A stretch of DNA of 64,000 bases. Origin: Candidatus Woesearchaeota archaeon (GTDB lineage Archaea > Nanobdellota > Nanobdellia > SCGC-AAA011-G17 > GW2011-AR18). The position numbers were made by a program, and so were the translations under genes. The stretch is taken from positions 2,198 to 66,197 of the forward strand of contig JAGVZM010000002.1 of the NCBI GenBank assembly GCA_018302545.1, in the 5' to 3' direction. Shown here piece after piece: positions 35,573 to 45,960 of this stretch. Every line of letters starts with the position of its first letter. Positions within the stretch are counted from its first letter, which is position 1. The notes under the pieces are model-generated. The model was not told the DNA's origin, ran no database searches, and saw only the letters and a program-made list of their open reading frames with translations.

Positions 35573-36946
35573 TTAACTATCCCCCCCCATCATCTTTCTC
35601 AAAGAAGGATGCATATCCATCATATGTTGTTTAGCTATATCCTCATATAATTTATATATAATCATAACAGCTAATAAGATACCTGTACCTCTTGACAAAG
35701 CTCCAAGCAAATCTGCTCCTGCAGCAATCAAACCAATAGATAAACCACCCATAACAGTCAAAGGAAAAATATATCTCTCTAGTATTCTCTCTAAAATTCT
35801 TTGATCAGTCCTAAATCCAGCTACATGCAATCCAGCAGCCCTAATCTGTTTAGCTTGACTTTGTGCATTCATACCTGCACTTTGCACCCAAAAAATAGAG
35901 AACACAACAGAACCCAAAGCTAAAACAACCATATAAACCATTGCCTTGAAAACATCACTTGCCACTAAACTTCCGGAGATAGCATTAAGTACTATAGGAC
36001 TACCACTAACCCAAGATGCAATTGAAGTAGCAGTAGCAGAACTAACTATTTCCCTTGTTTGTAAAAAAGTAACTGCTAGTTGTATATTAGCCAACAAAGC
36101 AGCTATTAATATAACTGGAATATTACTTGTGTATAAAAAATTCAGAGGCCATCTAACCCCATACCCTCTCACTCTTCCAAAACTTAAAGGAATTTCTACT
36201 TTCATAGCTTGTCCATAGACACTTATAACAAATACAATAATAGTCGCAATTATTGCAAAAGCAGCTGTAAAAGCCTCACTAGTAGAACCATTAATCAAAC
36301 TTAAAATAAAAACAAAGAATGCGCCAATAGGAGCACCATCAGAACCAACTCCAAAAGCAAAAGTGCCACTACTAGTCAAAGGACTAAAAGCCCTAATAAA
36401 GATCTCAGCAGCAACACCTGAAGCTATAAACAGACTAACACCTGAACCAAAACCCCATTTGTTAGTAACTTCATCCATATAAAATATTAAAATACCTCCA
36501 ATAATCAACTGAGTTATTAAAATATATTCCATACCAGGTTGTGCTCTTAAACCATTTAACATAACATAGACAATTGCTTCAAAAATAATAAAAAACCAAG
36601 TAGTTAATTTTTGTAAACTCTGAAAAAAAGTCCTACCATCATGTGTAGTTGTATCTATCTTTAAGATACCAGAACCAACAAGTAACTGTAAAACAATAGA
36701 TCCGGTAACAATAGGACCTATTCCTAAACTTAAAATAGAACCAAAGCTAGCACCAAGGATAATAGATAATTCTCTAAATTGTGAAAGTGCATTACTTTCT
36801 AAACCATATAAAGGAATCACTCCTAAAATAAAAAAAGAAACTAAAATCATTAAAGTCCATTTTAACTTAACTTTAAAATCCAACTTTTTCTCTGGTTTTC
36901 TTACCTCTGGTATAAAAGAAACTACCTTAGTTACTAGATCCTTCAT
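35573..36946 (-). CDS. secY: preprotein translocase subunit SecY
   Basis: 457 aa, 10 TM; follows L15 as in all archaeal spc clusters. Confidence 0.9.
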   Translation of the reverse strand: MKDLVTKVVSFIPEVRKPEKKLDFKVKLKWTLMILVSFFILGVIPLYGLESNALSQFRELSIILGASFGSILSLGIGPIVTGSIVLQLLVGSGILKIDTTTHDGRTFFQSLQKLTTWFFIIFEAIVYVMLNGLRAQPGMEYILITQLIIGGILIFYMDEVTNKWGFGSGVSLFIASGVAAEIFIRAFSPLTSSGTFAFGVGSDGAPIGAFFVFILSLINGSTSEAFTAAFAIIATIIVFVISVYGQAMKVEIPLSFGRVRGYGVRWPLNFLYTSNIPVILIAALLANIQLAVTFLQTREIVSSATATSIASWVSGSPIVLNAISGSLVASDVFKAMVYMVVLALGSVVFSIFWVQSAGMNAQSQAKQIRAAGLHVAGFRTDQRILERILERYIFPLTVMGGLSIGLIAAGADLLGALSRGTGILLAVMIIYKLYEDIAKQHMMDMHPSLRKMMGGDS

Positions 36947-37397
36947 CTTTATTTATGATAACACCACCCTTTTCTTGAATTTTCTTACTTGCACTATTTG
37001 AAATATGCTCAGCATCTAATTTTAATTTAACACTCAATTCTCCTGTTCCTAACAATTTTTGATAACCTAACTTACTCAAATTCACAATATACATATCTTT
37101 CTCTTTGCTAATCAGCTTACTTTCCAAATAAAAGTTTAATTTCTTTTGTAAATCTTTTATATTAATAGCTTTAACTTTTTTAATCATCTTCTGAGGTCTA
37201 TGAAATCCTCTTTTACCAAAATATTCATTACCATATAATTTTAAAATAGTAGGCTTTTTTTGATCAGCCCTCTTTCCAGTTCCAGCCATGCCCTTACCGC
37301 CCCTATTACCTGCACCTCTTCTCTTCTTTTTACTGCCACAACCATGTGTATGACTTCCTCTGTACCTTGAAAGCTTTCCTCTCTTATTTACTGTCAT
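36927..37397 (-). CDS. rpl15: 50S ribosomal protein L15 (uL15)
   Basis: GSHTHGCGSKKKRRGAGNRGGKGMAGTGKR; operon position. Confidence 0.9.
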   Translation of the reverse strand: MTVNKRGKLSRYRGSHTHGCGSKKKRRGAGNRGGKGMAGTGKRADQKKPTILKLYGNEYFGKRGFHRPQKMIKKVKAINIKDLQKKLNFYLESKLISKEKDMYIVNLSKLGYQKLLGTGELSVKLKLDAEHISNSASKKIQEKGGVIINKDEGSSN

Positions 37398-37861
37398 AGC
37401 ATTTTCCTCACAAGATTATTTATTTCTTTACCCCTATATCCTAAAGAACCACCTAAACTAAAAGGTTTTTTTATACCTTCTCTCTCAAAGCCCCCGCGAG
37501 GTGGAGTCAATCTAAAAAAAGGTTTTAAACCTGGAACTTCTTTTAGTTTAACTTTTCCTTCAATAAAATTATTAATAAATTCATCAAATCCTGCTTTAGC
37601 ATTATCTTTTAAATATTTTTCAGTTAGAGGATGGTTGCCTACTATCTTGCCTCTTTTCTCAAATAATAATTTAACAGTCTCTTTATCTGCCTCTCCCCAA
37701 GTAATATAATCCTTAAGTCTCGCCAACATACCTATTCTTTCAGGAGTATTATCAACAAGCACACAACTATTTTTCTTTATTAGTTTAAGAGATTTCAAAG
37801 TATCTTTAAAATTTCTATTAATATTTAAAACTCCTCTAACTTGAACAACAGCTAATTTCAT
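37394..37861 (-). CDS. rpl30: 50S ribosomal protein L30 (uL30)
   Basis: LAVVQVRGVLNINRNFKDTLKSLKL; operon position. Confidence 0.9.
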   Translation of the reverse strand: MKLAVVQVRGVLNINRNFKDTLKSLKLIKKNSCVLVDNTPERIGMLARLKDYITWGEADKETVKLLFEKRGKIVGNHPLTEKYLKDNAKAGFDEFINNFIEGKVKLKEVPGLKPFFRLTPPRGGFEREGIKKPFSLGGSLGYRGKEINNLVRKML

Positions 37862-38586
37862 AATTCACTCCTAACAAAAGCACCATCAACAACTCCAGAT
37901 TGAGCACAAAAATCATCATTAACCTTAACTTTATTCAATTCTCTCAAAGCTTCGAAAGTAGCCATGAAAAAATTCAGTTTTGTTGAAGTATTCCCTAAAC
38001 TCTTAGAATAAACATCTTTAATACCCGCTAATTCTAGAATCTTTCTACACTTTCTTTCTGCATTCAAACCAGTTCCCCTAGGTGCAGGTTTAAATGTTAC
38101 TTCTACACTACCATGTTTTCCATAAACTCTAAAAGGAATTGAATGATGGGTTTTACAACCACAGTCCCAAGATCCACAACCTCTTCTAATCTTAATAAGA
38201 TTTAATTTAGCATTTCTAATAGCCTTCTCTCTTGCAGGTACAGTTTCTTTACTACTTCCAAAACCAACACCAACAAAACCATTTTTGTTACCCACAACAG
38301 CAAATGCAGAAAACTTCATTCTAGATCCCTCTGAAGTTATTTTTTGAGTTTGTTTCCAAATACTCCCTTTACCACCACCAAACTTACCCTTACTTTGACC
38401 AACTTCTAAAAGTTGTGTCTCTAAATCAGGCAATAAAGCATCTACTAACTCAGCCTCAAGAATTCTATAACCACTATCAAGGATGTAAGCAATATCTGTT
38501 ATCTCTCCAGATTTCACTCTTCTACCTAACTCAGTCTTAGGATTCCACTCCTCCAAATTAAATGTTTTACCTTTTAACATTTGCAA
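37858..38586 (-). CDS. rps5: 30S ribosomal protein S5 (uS5)
   Basis: FAVVGNKNGFVGVGFGSSKETVPAREKAIRNAK; operon position. Confidence 0.9.
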   Translation of the reverse strand: MQMLKGKTFNLEEWNPKTELGRRVKSGEITDIAYILDSGYRILEAELVDALLPDLETQLLEVGQSKGKFGGGKGSIWKQTQKITSEGSRMKFSAFAVVGNKNGFVGVGFGSSKETVPAREKAIRNAKLNLIKIRRGCGSWDCGCKTHHSIPFRVYGKHGSVEVTFKPAPRGTGLNAERKCRKILELAGIKDVYSKSLGNTSTKLNFFMATFEALRELNKVKVNDDFCAQSGVVDGAFVRSEL

Positions 38587-39154
38587 TCATCTTCTCCTTA
38601 GCTTGATCAAAATATTTGCTTAAATCTTCTGGTTTAAATCCATTTTTAAGATAAACAGAAAACTGCTTCTTATAAACTTCACTATCTTTAACCTTTTTAG
38701 CATAATCCTCTATATGTTTACCAGAAACTCTATCTTCACTTGGTAAAAAAGATTCATTAACCTTAACTTTAAATCCTGAATCAATCAATCCTTTAGAAAC
38801 ACCAAATAAAGAAGAGCCCTTAACAACCCTATTAAATCCAAAATCAATAATTCCAGTATCAATACCTTTTTGTAAAGCTTTAAGACCACATAAAAAACCA
38901 ACAAGATAAGAAGAAGGTAAATTTCCTCTATGAGCTTTCCAACCATATTTAATAAGTTCTCTCGAATGGCTAGAAACCAAAACTTTGTCACCTTTTAAAT
39001 CAAAACCTACAATCTGAACAAGTATATTATTCAAAGAAATCCTAACAATCACTCTAAACATATTAGAAGATATAAGTTTCAACCTAGTCCTATAATCTGT
39101 TTTCCCTTCTCTCTTTCTTCTATAAGCCAAAGTATATGCATTTCCTTTTTTCAT
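38567..39154 (-). CDS. rpl18: 50S ribosomal protein L18 (uL18)
   Basis: YRRKREGKTDYRTRLKL; operon position. Confidence 0.9.
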   Translation of the reverse strand: MKKGNAYTLAYRRKREGKTDYRTRLKLISSNMFRVIVRISLNNILVQIVGFDLKGDKVLVSSHSRELIKYGWKAHRGNLPSSYLVGFLCGLKALQKGIDTGIIDFGFNRVVKGSSLFGVSKGLIDSGFKVKVNESFLPSEDRVSGKHIEDYAKKVKDSEVYKKQFSVYLKNGFKPEDLSKYFDQAKEKMIANVKR

Positions 39155-39612
39155 TTTTTATCCTTCTTTAACCATAATTCATGTTCTGTTAAGTAAAGTT
39201 TTATATGTCTTCTGCTTCTGAAAAATCCCCCTCTAGATTTAACTCTCAAGTGCCTATAAGTTTCTCTAGAGATTTTTTGATCAGTAACCAATGAAGAAAC
39301 TAAGTCTCTCTGAGCTCTAATAGAATTCATCCAATTTTGTTTTCTAGACAATCTTGCAGTTTCTTTTCCTTTCTTATTACCTGGACCATTTCTTCTACCC
39401 TTACGTTTTTGGATTATTCTCTTTCTTATTCTAGATCTTGATATTCCTCTTTTAGGTTTAACTAAAATTACTCCATTAGAGATTAAACCTCTTAAATCTT
39501 CTTTAGTCACAGCTTCTTTAATTTCATTAGACTTCTCAGGATTAAACCAAACTCTACCCAAACCAATATCTAGTAACCTAGCAACCATTTCTTTTTTACT
39601 TCTTAGGTTCAT
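39151..39612 (-). CDS. rpl19e: 50S ribosomal protein L19e
   Basis: LLDIGLGRVWFNPEK...RKGRRNGPGNKKG; operon position. Confidence 0.9.
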   Translation of the reverse strand: MNLRSKKEMVARLLDIGLGRVWFNPEKSNEIKEAVTKEDLRGLISNGVILVKPKRGISRSRIRKRIIQKRKGRRNGPGNKKGKETARLSRKQNWMNSIRAQRDLVSSLVTDQKISRETYRHLRVKSRGGFFRSRRHIKLYLTEHELWLKKDKK

Positions 39613-40270
39613 TCTTCTTCACTCCTTTCTTCTTTGGCTTAGATTCTTTAGTTGATTCCGTATTTTCTGCATAAGGATCTATCCTATGATCATCTTTATC
39701 TAATCCTTTAGAATTGCTAGTATCTTCTTTCGAATCTTTATGATGTGAATGATCATGATCTTTATGTTCATGAGATTCTTCTTTCTTTTTTTCTTTTGCT
39801 TCACTTAATTTTTTCTTTTTCTGCTCTTTTCTAGATGCAGAACCTTGTTTTTTAGAAATCAAAATATCTTTAACACTAACAACATAAGCTTCTATATCTT
39901 TAACACCCAAGACTTTAAGGCCTAAAGATTTAGCCTTATCTAAAATTAATAATCTCTTTTTAATGCCTACTCCAGAAGAGATAATCACACAACAATTTTC
40001 TACTACTTTACTGAGATCATTAATATTAGAAACAAGAATAGGCATTAATCCATGTTTGGTTAAACCTTTAACTAAATTAGGACCCGCATAACCTATTGAA
40101 GGAATATTCCTATGCCCTCTAAAACCTCTTCTTAATTTACTTTGAATACCTTTAGGTTTTCTCCACTTTCCTCTAAATTGTTTAATCTTATTAGCTTCTT
40201 GTCTCTCAAAAGGAGGAGTTTTATCTTTAATTTTCTTTCTCAAATCCAATAAAGGTTTTATTTTATTCAT
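39596..40270 (-). CDS. rpl32e: 50S ribosomal protein L32e with about 80-aa K/E/H-rich C-terminal tail
   Basis: FERQEANKIKQFRGKWRKPKGIQSKLRRGFRGH; tail ...SHEHKDHDHSHHKDSKED... Confidence 0.9.
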   Translation of the reverse strand: MNKIKPLLDLRKKIKDKTPPFERQEANKIKQFRGKWRKPKGIQSKLRRGFRGHRNIPSIGYAGPNLVKGLTKHGLMPILVSNINDLSKVVENCCVIISSGVGIKKRLLILDKAKSLGLKVLGVKDIEAYVVSVKDILISKKQGSASRKEQKKKKLSEAKEKKKEESHEHKDHDHSHHKDSKEDTSNSKGLDKDDHRIDPYAENTESTKESKPKKKGVKKNEPKK

Positions 40271-40818
40271 TCTTCATCTCCTGGTTTTAAAATAATAAAA
40301 CAACCATCTTGGAATATTCTTCTATCCCTATTTGTAATTCTAGTGTTTTGCTCTATCTTAGCAGCAGTCTGACCTACCTTCTCTTTATCTAATCCATCGA
40401 CTAAAATAAGGTCACCTTGAACCTTTACAGATACCCCATCAACAAAGCTTGTCTTTCTAGGAACTTTTTCACCTAAAAAATTCTTAATAACAAGAGAATT
40501 ACCTTCAACAGTAACAGTCATAGGGAAATATCCTGAACATATCTTCAACTTAGCTTTATATCCTTCTTGAACTCCTATAAACATATTTCTTACATGTGCT
40601 TTATAAGTATTCATAAACATTTTATCAGAATTAGAAAATCTAACACCATTCTTATTCTTAAAAATAACTACCCCATTTTCAACAACCATAACAATTCTTG
40701 GGTTCAAAAAAGTTCTTTCTAAACTACCTTTAGTTCCCTTAACAAAGATAGTATTATTCTCTACTTTAACTTCCACTCCTTGTGGAATACTAAGTTGAGC
40801 AACGTAAATTTTCTTCAT
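40267..40818 (-). CDS. rpl6: 50S ribosomal protein L6 (uL6)
   Basis: 183 aa, two-domain uL6 pattern; operon position between S8 and L32e. Confidence 0.9.
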   Translation of the reverse strand: MKKIYVAQLSIPQGVEVKVENNTIFVKGTKGSLERTFLNPRIVMVVENGVVIFKNKNGVRFSNSDKMFMNTYKAHVRNMFIGVQEGYKAKLKICSGYFPMTVTVEGNSLVIKNFLGEKVPRKTSFVDGVSVKVQGDLILVDGLDKEKVGQTAAKIEQNTRITNRDRRIFQDGCFIILKPGDEE

Positions 40819-40819
40819 T

Positions 40820-41212
40820 TTAATAACAATAAGCTATAAGCTTGCCTCCAATGCCTTTATCTAAAGCCTCTTTATGAGTCATAATTCCTTTTGAAGTAGT
40901 CACAATAAATAAACCAAAATTTTTAGAAGGTAAATATCTTTTTTCAAAAGTTTCATAATTATCCTTTGTAAAAGAAAATCTAGGTTTGACAACTCCACAT
41001 TTATTTATATTACCTATTAAATTAATTTTTATCCATCCCCCTCTAGACTCATCAACAACAGAAAAGTCACCAATATAATTACTATCCTTAAGTAATGTTA
41101 ACACTGAAACCAAAATTTTAGATTTAGGTCCAACTAAACATTCATTCTTACCCTGTTTCTCACTGTTTAAAATATGACTTAAACAATTTGCTAATGGATC
41201 ATTCAAACTCAT
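40820..41212 (-). CDS. rps8: 30S ribosomal protein S8 (uS8)
   Basis: NDPLANCLSHILNSEKQGK; operon position. Confidence 0.9.
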   Translation of the reverse strand: MSLNDPLANCLSHILNSEKQGKNECLVGPKSKILVSVLTLLKDSNYIGDFSVVDESRGGWIKINLIGNINKCGVVKPRFSFTKDNYETFEKRYLPSKNFGLFIVTTSKGIMTHKEALDKGIGGKLIAYCY

Positions 41213-41220
41213 TTTTCCTC

Positions 41221-41451
41221 CTAGCTAAATTTCTTAAAACCAATTTTCTTAGCATCCTCCCTAAAACACATTCTACACATCTGAATTCCATAACATCTTA
41301 TATGAGCACCAAATCTACCACATCTTCTACACCTTCTCAAACCAATTCCAGTAGTCCTAATTTTAGGTGAATTATGCTTCAAAAATTTCTTCTTTTTAGA
41401 TTTTTTCGCATCTAGTTGTTTAAAAACCTTAGTAAATTCTTTAATAGTCAT
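41221..41451 (-). CDS. rps14: 30S ribosomal protein S14 (uS14, zinc-ribbon type) with N-terminal extension
   Basis: [25 protein letters not shown]; 76 aa. Confidence 0.85.
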   Translation of the reverse strand: MTIKEFTKVFKQLDAKKSKKKKFLKHNSPKIRTTGIGLRRCRRCGRFGAHIRCYGIQMCRMCFREDAKKIGFKKFS

Positions 41452-41963
41452 TATTCATCCTCCAACACCAAACTAAATTCTTTTTTCATGAAATCCATAG
41501 CTTGAACATCACTAATATTGTGCCTGCTAGGAATCTTTCTTTTTAATTTGGATCTTCTCTTAATTCTAAATCCTTTTCTGCTTAAAGTAACAGCCGCTTC
41601 TAAACCTATAACTCCTATACTCGCTTCATAAGGAACTTCAGGAATATCTATATACTCTTTAATACCAAATGAAAAATTACCAAACTTATCAAACTTTCTC
41701 ATAGAAATACTATTATCCATTGCACTCAACAATCTTTTCAGGAGTTTAGAAGCTTCCTTTCCTCTAACCGTAACTTTACATGCAATAGGTAATTTAGGTC
41801 TAACCCCCCAAGTAGGAATTCTCTTATCACTACTTGTTTGAACAGGTTTCCTTCCAGAGATATTTTTAAGTAATCTCATAGCCTTATCTAATTTATCTCC
41901 AGGACTACCAACCCCAATGTTAAGGGTAACTTTTTCAACATGTATTTCTCTCATTAGATTCAT
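41451..41963 (-). CDS. rpl5: 50S ribosomal protein L5 (uL5)
   Basis: [22 protein letters not shown]...; operon position. Confidence 0.9.
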   Translation of the reverse strand: MNLMREIHVEKVTLNIGVGSPGDKLDKAMRLLKNISGRKPVQTSSDKRIPTWGVRPKLPIACKVTVRGKEASKLLKRLLSAMDNSISMRKFDKFGNFSFGIKEYIDIPEVPYEASIGVIGLEAAVTLSRKGFRIKRRSKLKRKIPSRHNISDVQAMDFMKKEFSLVLEDE

Positions 41964-42676
41964 GATTTAGCCTCCAAGCCAACTTCAACTTTTCCATTAC
42001 CAACAACAAAAACATAATTCCTCAAAGTAATATAATCTTTATCACCAATCTCAAGAACAAGTTTAGCAGCCTTCATATCTTTAGAAGGAACTAATTCTTT
42101 GACCTTTGCAATAACCCCAACATAACTGCCATCTACCAAATAAACAAAAGATCCTTTGTCTAGAGAAAATAATTTATTTATCTTCTTATTTTTTAGATCA
42201 TATAATACACTATCTCCGATTTTTGCATCAGATTTATCCAATAAAATATTTCTGCCATCATGGAAAGTTATCTGTAATTTCCCATTTTTAACAATAGACT
42301 TTTTAATAACTTTCAAGAGTTTAGTATTTTGTTCATCTTTATCTAAAGGAATTAAAACAAAATTTCCTTTTTTATTAAACACTATTTTATAAGACTCTTT
42401 CAATTTAGGAAGTTCTATAATATCCATTATACCTATTGGAAACTTATAATCTTTTCTAACAACACCATCAATTAAAAGACCACCAGAATTAATTATATTT
42501 TTAACTTCTTTAGCAGTCTTTGCATAATTTAATAAATTTTTAAGTAAAAAATTCACAGTCAAGCATCTTGACAGAGGGTGCGGTCCCGCTAAAGGTCTTG
42601 TTATATATTTGTTTTCCTTTCTAGCTAATTTCCAATTTTTTGGCGATGCCAACCTAGATAAATGATTTTGTCCCAT
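41960..42676 (-). CDS. rps4e: 30S ribosomal protein S4e
   Basis: GQNHLSRLASPKNWKLARKENKYITRPLAGPH. Confidence 0.9.
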   Translation of the reverse strand: MGQNHLSRLASPKNWKLARKENKYITRPLAGPHPLSRCLTVNFLLKNLLNYAKTAKEVKNIINSGGLLIDGVVRKDYKFPIGIMDIIELPKLKESYKIVFNKKGNFVLIPLDKDEQNTKLLKVIKKSIVKNGKLQITFHDGRNILLDKSDAKIGDSVLYDLKNKKINKLFSLDKGSFVYLVDGSYVGVIAKVKELVPSKDMKAAKLVLEIGDKDYITLRNYVFVVGNGKVEVGLEAKS

Positions 42677-42677
42677 T

Positions 42678-43055
42678 TTATTTCCTCTCTAATATTTTCT
42701 TTCTATATTTATCCTCCATATTTAACTCAGTTATAAGTAAATTAGAAGGATCTATAGGTCTGGTTAACTTAGTTCCATCTCTTTTAACATTAACAACCCC
42801 CTCAACATAAACAGAGTGGTTTACTAAACTAACCCTAGTAACTTTAGCAACTCTCCCTTTAAACTCTCCAACAATAACTTTAACAAGATCTCCCTTTCTA
42901 ACAGGAAGATTTCTCTTTCCATATTTTTGTTTTAAATCTTTACTTAACCTAACACTCATAAATTTTCTAATTATGTGTAAAGGAGCATTATATCTATACT
43001 TCCTTTGTTTTCTAGGATTTTTACTCCCAACCCATTTTCTACTCCACAATTTCAT
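42678..43055 (-). CDS. rpl24: 50S ribosomal protein L24 (uL24)
   Basis: KOW VRKGDLVKVIVGEFKGRVAKV; ORF opens at 43067 but MKLWSRKW at 43055 avoids overlap with L14. Confidence 0.88.
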   Translation of the reverse strand: MKLWSRKWVGSKNPRKQRKYRYNAPLHIIRKFMSVRLSKDLKQKYGKRNLPVRKGDLVKVIVGEFKGRVAKVTRVSLVNHSVYVEGVVNVKRDGTKLTRPIDPSNLLITELNMEDKYRKKILERK

Positions 43056-43056
43056 T

Positions 43057-43458
43057 TTACACCACAAGTTTAGCTATTTTAGTAACAGCAGGCCACCTTT
43101 GTGATACCTCCTTAGCAATTGGACCTTTAATTAATGTTCCTTTTGGATTTCCTTTATCATCCTTTAAAACGACTGCAGCATTATCTTCAAATTTAACCCT
43201 AGTACCATCAGATCTTCTATATTCTTTTTTTTGTCTAACTATAATTGCACTAACAACCTTCTTTCTCATTTCAGGATTCCCTTTTCTAACAGACGCAACA
43301 ATATGATCGCCAACGCCCCCACTTAAGTTTCTTCCCTTAACAGTTTTAGCTCTTTTAAAAGACATAACAAATAAAATCTTAGCTCCTGAATTATCACACG
43401 CGAGTACATAAGATCCTTTTTGTATTCCTTTTGTTATATTTGCTTTTAATGCTTTCAT
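43057..43458 (-). CDS. rpl14: 50S ribosomal protein L14 (uL14)
   Basis: GGVGDHIVASVRKGNPEMRKKV. Confidence 0.9.
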   Translation of the reverse strand: MKALKANITKGIQKGSYVLACDNSGAKILFVMSFKRAKTVKGRNLSGGVGDHIVASVRKGNPEMRKKVVSAIIVRQKKEYRRSDGTRVKFEDNAAVVLKDDKGNPKGTLIKGPIAKEVSQRWPAVTKIAKLVV

Positions 43459-43772
43459 TATAATTTCTCCACAATTACAAAGTTTTTAGTTTTACTTATA
43501 GGCCTAGTCTCAACTATCCTTACTTTATCTCCTACTTGTGCATTTATGCATATAGGATTATGAACTTGTATCTTACTTCTCCTTTTTTCATATCTTTGAT
43601 ATTTGGGCAAGTAAACAATTCTACTCCACTGTACTACTGCAGATTTTTGAGCACCAGATTTAACAACTTGAGCAATAAACTCTCTACCTCTAAGTTTCAA
43701 ACCAGTCTCCTCTACTACCATCTGCACAGAGCCCTTTTCAACTTCCATTATTTTTTGTTTTTTCTTAACCAT
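43458..43772 (-). CDS. rps17: 30S ribosomal protein S17 (uS17)
   Basis: VRIVETRPISKTKNFVIVEK. Confidence 0.9.
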   Translation of the reverse strand: MVKKKQKIMEVEKGSVQMVVEETGLKLRGREFIAQVVKSGAQKSAVVQWSRIVYLPKYQRYEKRRSKIQVHNPICINAQVGDKVRIVETRPISKTKNFVIVEKL

Positions 43773-44091
43773 TTTTACCTTGACTTTCTTTGATTATTAT
43801 TGAATCAGCGTTGAATCCTAATTTCTGCAACTCTGCTTTGACCTTTTCAACATGATTACCTTGTAACTCTATAACACCATTCTTAGATGTTCCGCCACAA
43901 GCAAGTTTAGTCTTAAGTTTTTTACTAAGATCCTTAAGATCAATAGTCTTTTCATCAAAGCCTTCCACTACAGTTGCTAATTTACCATATCTTTTTTTAA
44001 CAACTTTAATAGTTATCTTTTGACCTTCCCTGGCAATAGTTTGACAAACACAAAGGTCTTTAGGTAAACTACAAACACTGCATATTTCCAT
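43765..44091 (-). CDS. sui1: translation initiation factor SUI1 (aIF1)
   Basis: 108 aa; N-terminal CSVCSLPKDLCVC, core LKTKLACGGTSKNGVIELQGNHVEKVKAELQKLGF. Confidence 0.85.
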   Translation of the reverse strand: MEICSVCSLPKDLCVCQTIAREGQKITIKVVKKRYGKLATVVEGFDEKTIDLKDLSKKLKTKLACGGTSKNGVIELQGNHVEKVKAELQKLGFNADSIIIKESQGKNG

Positions 44092-44316
44092 TTATTTTGT
44101 CGTTACCTCCTTCTTATTTTTCATATTCAAAATTGTCTTCATTCTAGCAATATTTTTTCTAATTACTTTAACTTTTCCTGGATTCTCAGGAGGAGTACCT
44201 CTTGAGATTTGAGATCTATATTTAATTAGTTCCATATTTAGTTCTTGCATATTTTTTCTAATTTCTTCTTCTCCCATATTTTTTAATTCATTCTTCTTTA
44301 GTTTCGCCATTTTCAA
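44092..44316 (-). CDS. rpl29: 50S ribosomal protein L29 (uL29)
   Basis: 74 aa helical; LKNMGEEEIRKNMQELNMELIKYRSQ; operon position. Confidence 0.88.
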   Translation of the reverse strand: MKMAKLKKNELKNMGEEEIRKNMQELNMELIKYRSQISRGTPPENPGKVKVIRKNIARMKTILNMKNKKEVTTK

Positions 44317-45121
44317 CTTCCTGTTTTACTTCTTTTGTTTTTTTCTTTGTTCTCTTTTTAGGTTTTTCCCCAGTTTCAACTTCAGTAGTCTTAATTTCCT
44401 CTTTGACATCAACTGATTTTTCTTCAACAACTGGTTTAGGTTGATCTAAAACCTCAGAAGATTTTTTAGCTTGTACAATTATATCTTGTTCACTAACTGG
44501 AGTGCTAACAACTTTAATTTGATCTTCTCTAATTTTTATATCATCAGGCAAAACAACCTCTGAATGCAATATACTAACCTTTATTCCAATAGTACCACTT
44601 CTTAAGTTACAAGACTCATAAGACCTATCCATATAATTTTCTGAAACATCACCTGATTTTTTCAAATAGCCTGCTGAAAATCTCCAAGTTTTAGCTCTTT
44701 CACCAGGAACTCCCCTTCCAGATATAACAATTTCTATTCCTTTTGCTCCTGCCCTCATAGCATCCTCTAAGGCTTTGTAAGCCATAGCCTTAAATCTCTT
44801 AGGACCAAACCTATCAAATCCAGTAATCAAAGATCTAGATACAGATGAAGCATCAACTAAAGGATTAGGAATTTCTAAAACTTCTAGCTGAGGATTTTCC
44901 ATATTAAACTTAGTTTTCAAAATATCTGTTAATTTCTTAATGTTAGCTCCTTTTCTACCAACTATTAAACCAGGTCTAGAGGTATAAACACTAATCTTCT
45001 CTCCTAAAGGAGTTCTCTGCATAGCAATATAACTACAGCTAGTTGCACCTAAGAAACTAAATACAAAATCTTGTATTTGTTTTTCCTTCACTTTTTCAGC
45101 AATAATCTGTCTTTCAATCAT
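44288..45121 (-). CDS. rps3: 30S ribosomal protein S3 (uS3) with K/E-rich C-terminal tail
   Basis: KH domain GLIVGRKGANIKKLTDIL; about 60-aa charged tail. Confidence 0.9.
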   Translation of the reverse strand: MIERQIIAEKVKEKQIQDFVFSFLGATSCSYIAMQRTPLGEKISVYTSRPGLIVGRKGANIKKLTDILKTKFNMENPQLEVLEIPNPLVDASSVSRSLITGFDRFGPKRFKAMAYKALEDAMRAGAKGIEIVISGRGVPGERAKTWRFSAGYLKKSGDVSENYMDRSYESCNLRSGTIGIKVSILHSEVVLPDDIKIREDQIKVVSTPVSEQDIIVQAKKSSEVLDQPKPVVEEKSVDVKEEIKTTEVETGEKPKKRTKKKTKEVKQEVENGETKEE

Positions 45122-45558
45122 TTTTTACCTTCCTTTTTATCTTCCACATTTCTCTCTTCAACAATCAATTCAACATGAGTATTTTTCATTTTAGTTCTAC
45201 CCTTCCTAGTAGAATGCCATCTAGCCTCAGCCTTATCAGCTTTAGCATGAACTAAATATAAACTATTAACATTCAATCCCTTATTTTCAGCATTAGCCTC
45301 TAATGAATTAAACAAATTCAAAAATTCAGTACCTGCTTTAACTGGATATTTACCAGGACCAACACCTTTCCTATGGCCTCTATTCCAACTATATCTCCTA
45401 ACAGGAACAGCCCTCTCCTGATCAACAGTATATTGAATCATTTGTTTAGCTTGTTTTAGAGATTTACCTCTAATATAATTACAAATCTCAACAGACATTT
45501 TAGTAGAGATATTTAAAGATCTTCCACTAACCTTTGCAGTATTATTCTTATCAACCAT
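45118..45558 (-). CDS. rpl22: 50S ribosomal protein L22 (uL22)
   Basis: 146 aa; ...VPVRRYSWNRGHRKGVGPGKYP...; operon position. Confidence 0.9.
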   Translation of the reverse strand: MVDKNNTAKVSGRSLNISTKMSVEICNYIRGKSLKQAKQMIQYTVDQERAVPVRRYSWNRGHRKGVGPGKYPVKAGTEFLNLFNSLEANAENKGLNVNSLYLVHAKADKAEARWHSTRKGRTKMKNTHVELIVEERNVEDKKEGKK

Positions 45559-45559
45559 T

Positions 45560-45958
45560 TTACTTCACACTAACTGATGAACTTGATTTAGTTGCACCAA
45601 TACCTGGAGCATTATGTCCAACTTTCTTTCTTGTTAAGGCAAATTCACCTAAATACATACCTAACATATCAATTGTGATTTCAATAGGAACAAACTCCTT
45701 TCCATTATAAATATGAATAGTAGTTCCTAAAAATTCAGGAAGTATAATCATGTTTCTACAGTGAGTTCTTACAGGTTTCTTTAATTTTCCTTCTTTACCT
45801 TTCTTGACTTTTAACAAAAGTCTTTTTTGAGCATCAGTCAATCCTCTTTTCAAAGTTCTTCTAGCTCTTGCAGGAACGTATTTCGCAAAATCAACTAAAC
45901 TCATATTCGCCAGTTCCTCTACAGTCTTTCCTTTAAAATTTACTTCTTTCCTTGCCAT
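45560..45958 (-). CDS. rps19: 30S ribosomal protein S19 (uS19)
   Basis: GKEFVPIEITIDMLGMYLGEFALTRK. Confidence 0.9.
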   Translation of the reverse strand: MARKEVNFKGKTVEELANMSLVDFAKYVPARARRTLKRGLTDAQKRLLLKVKKGKEGKLKKPVRTHCRNMIILPEFLGTTIHIYNGKEFVPIEITIDMLGMYLGEFALTRKKVGHNAPGIGATKSSSSVSVK

Positions 45959-45960
45959 AT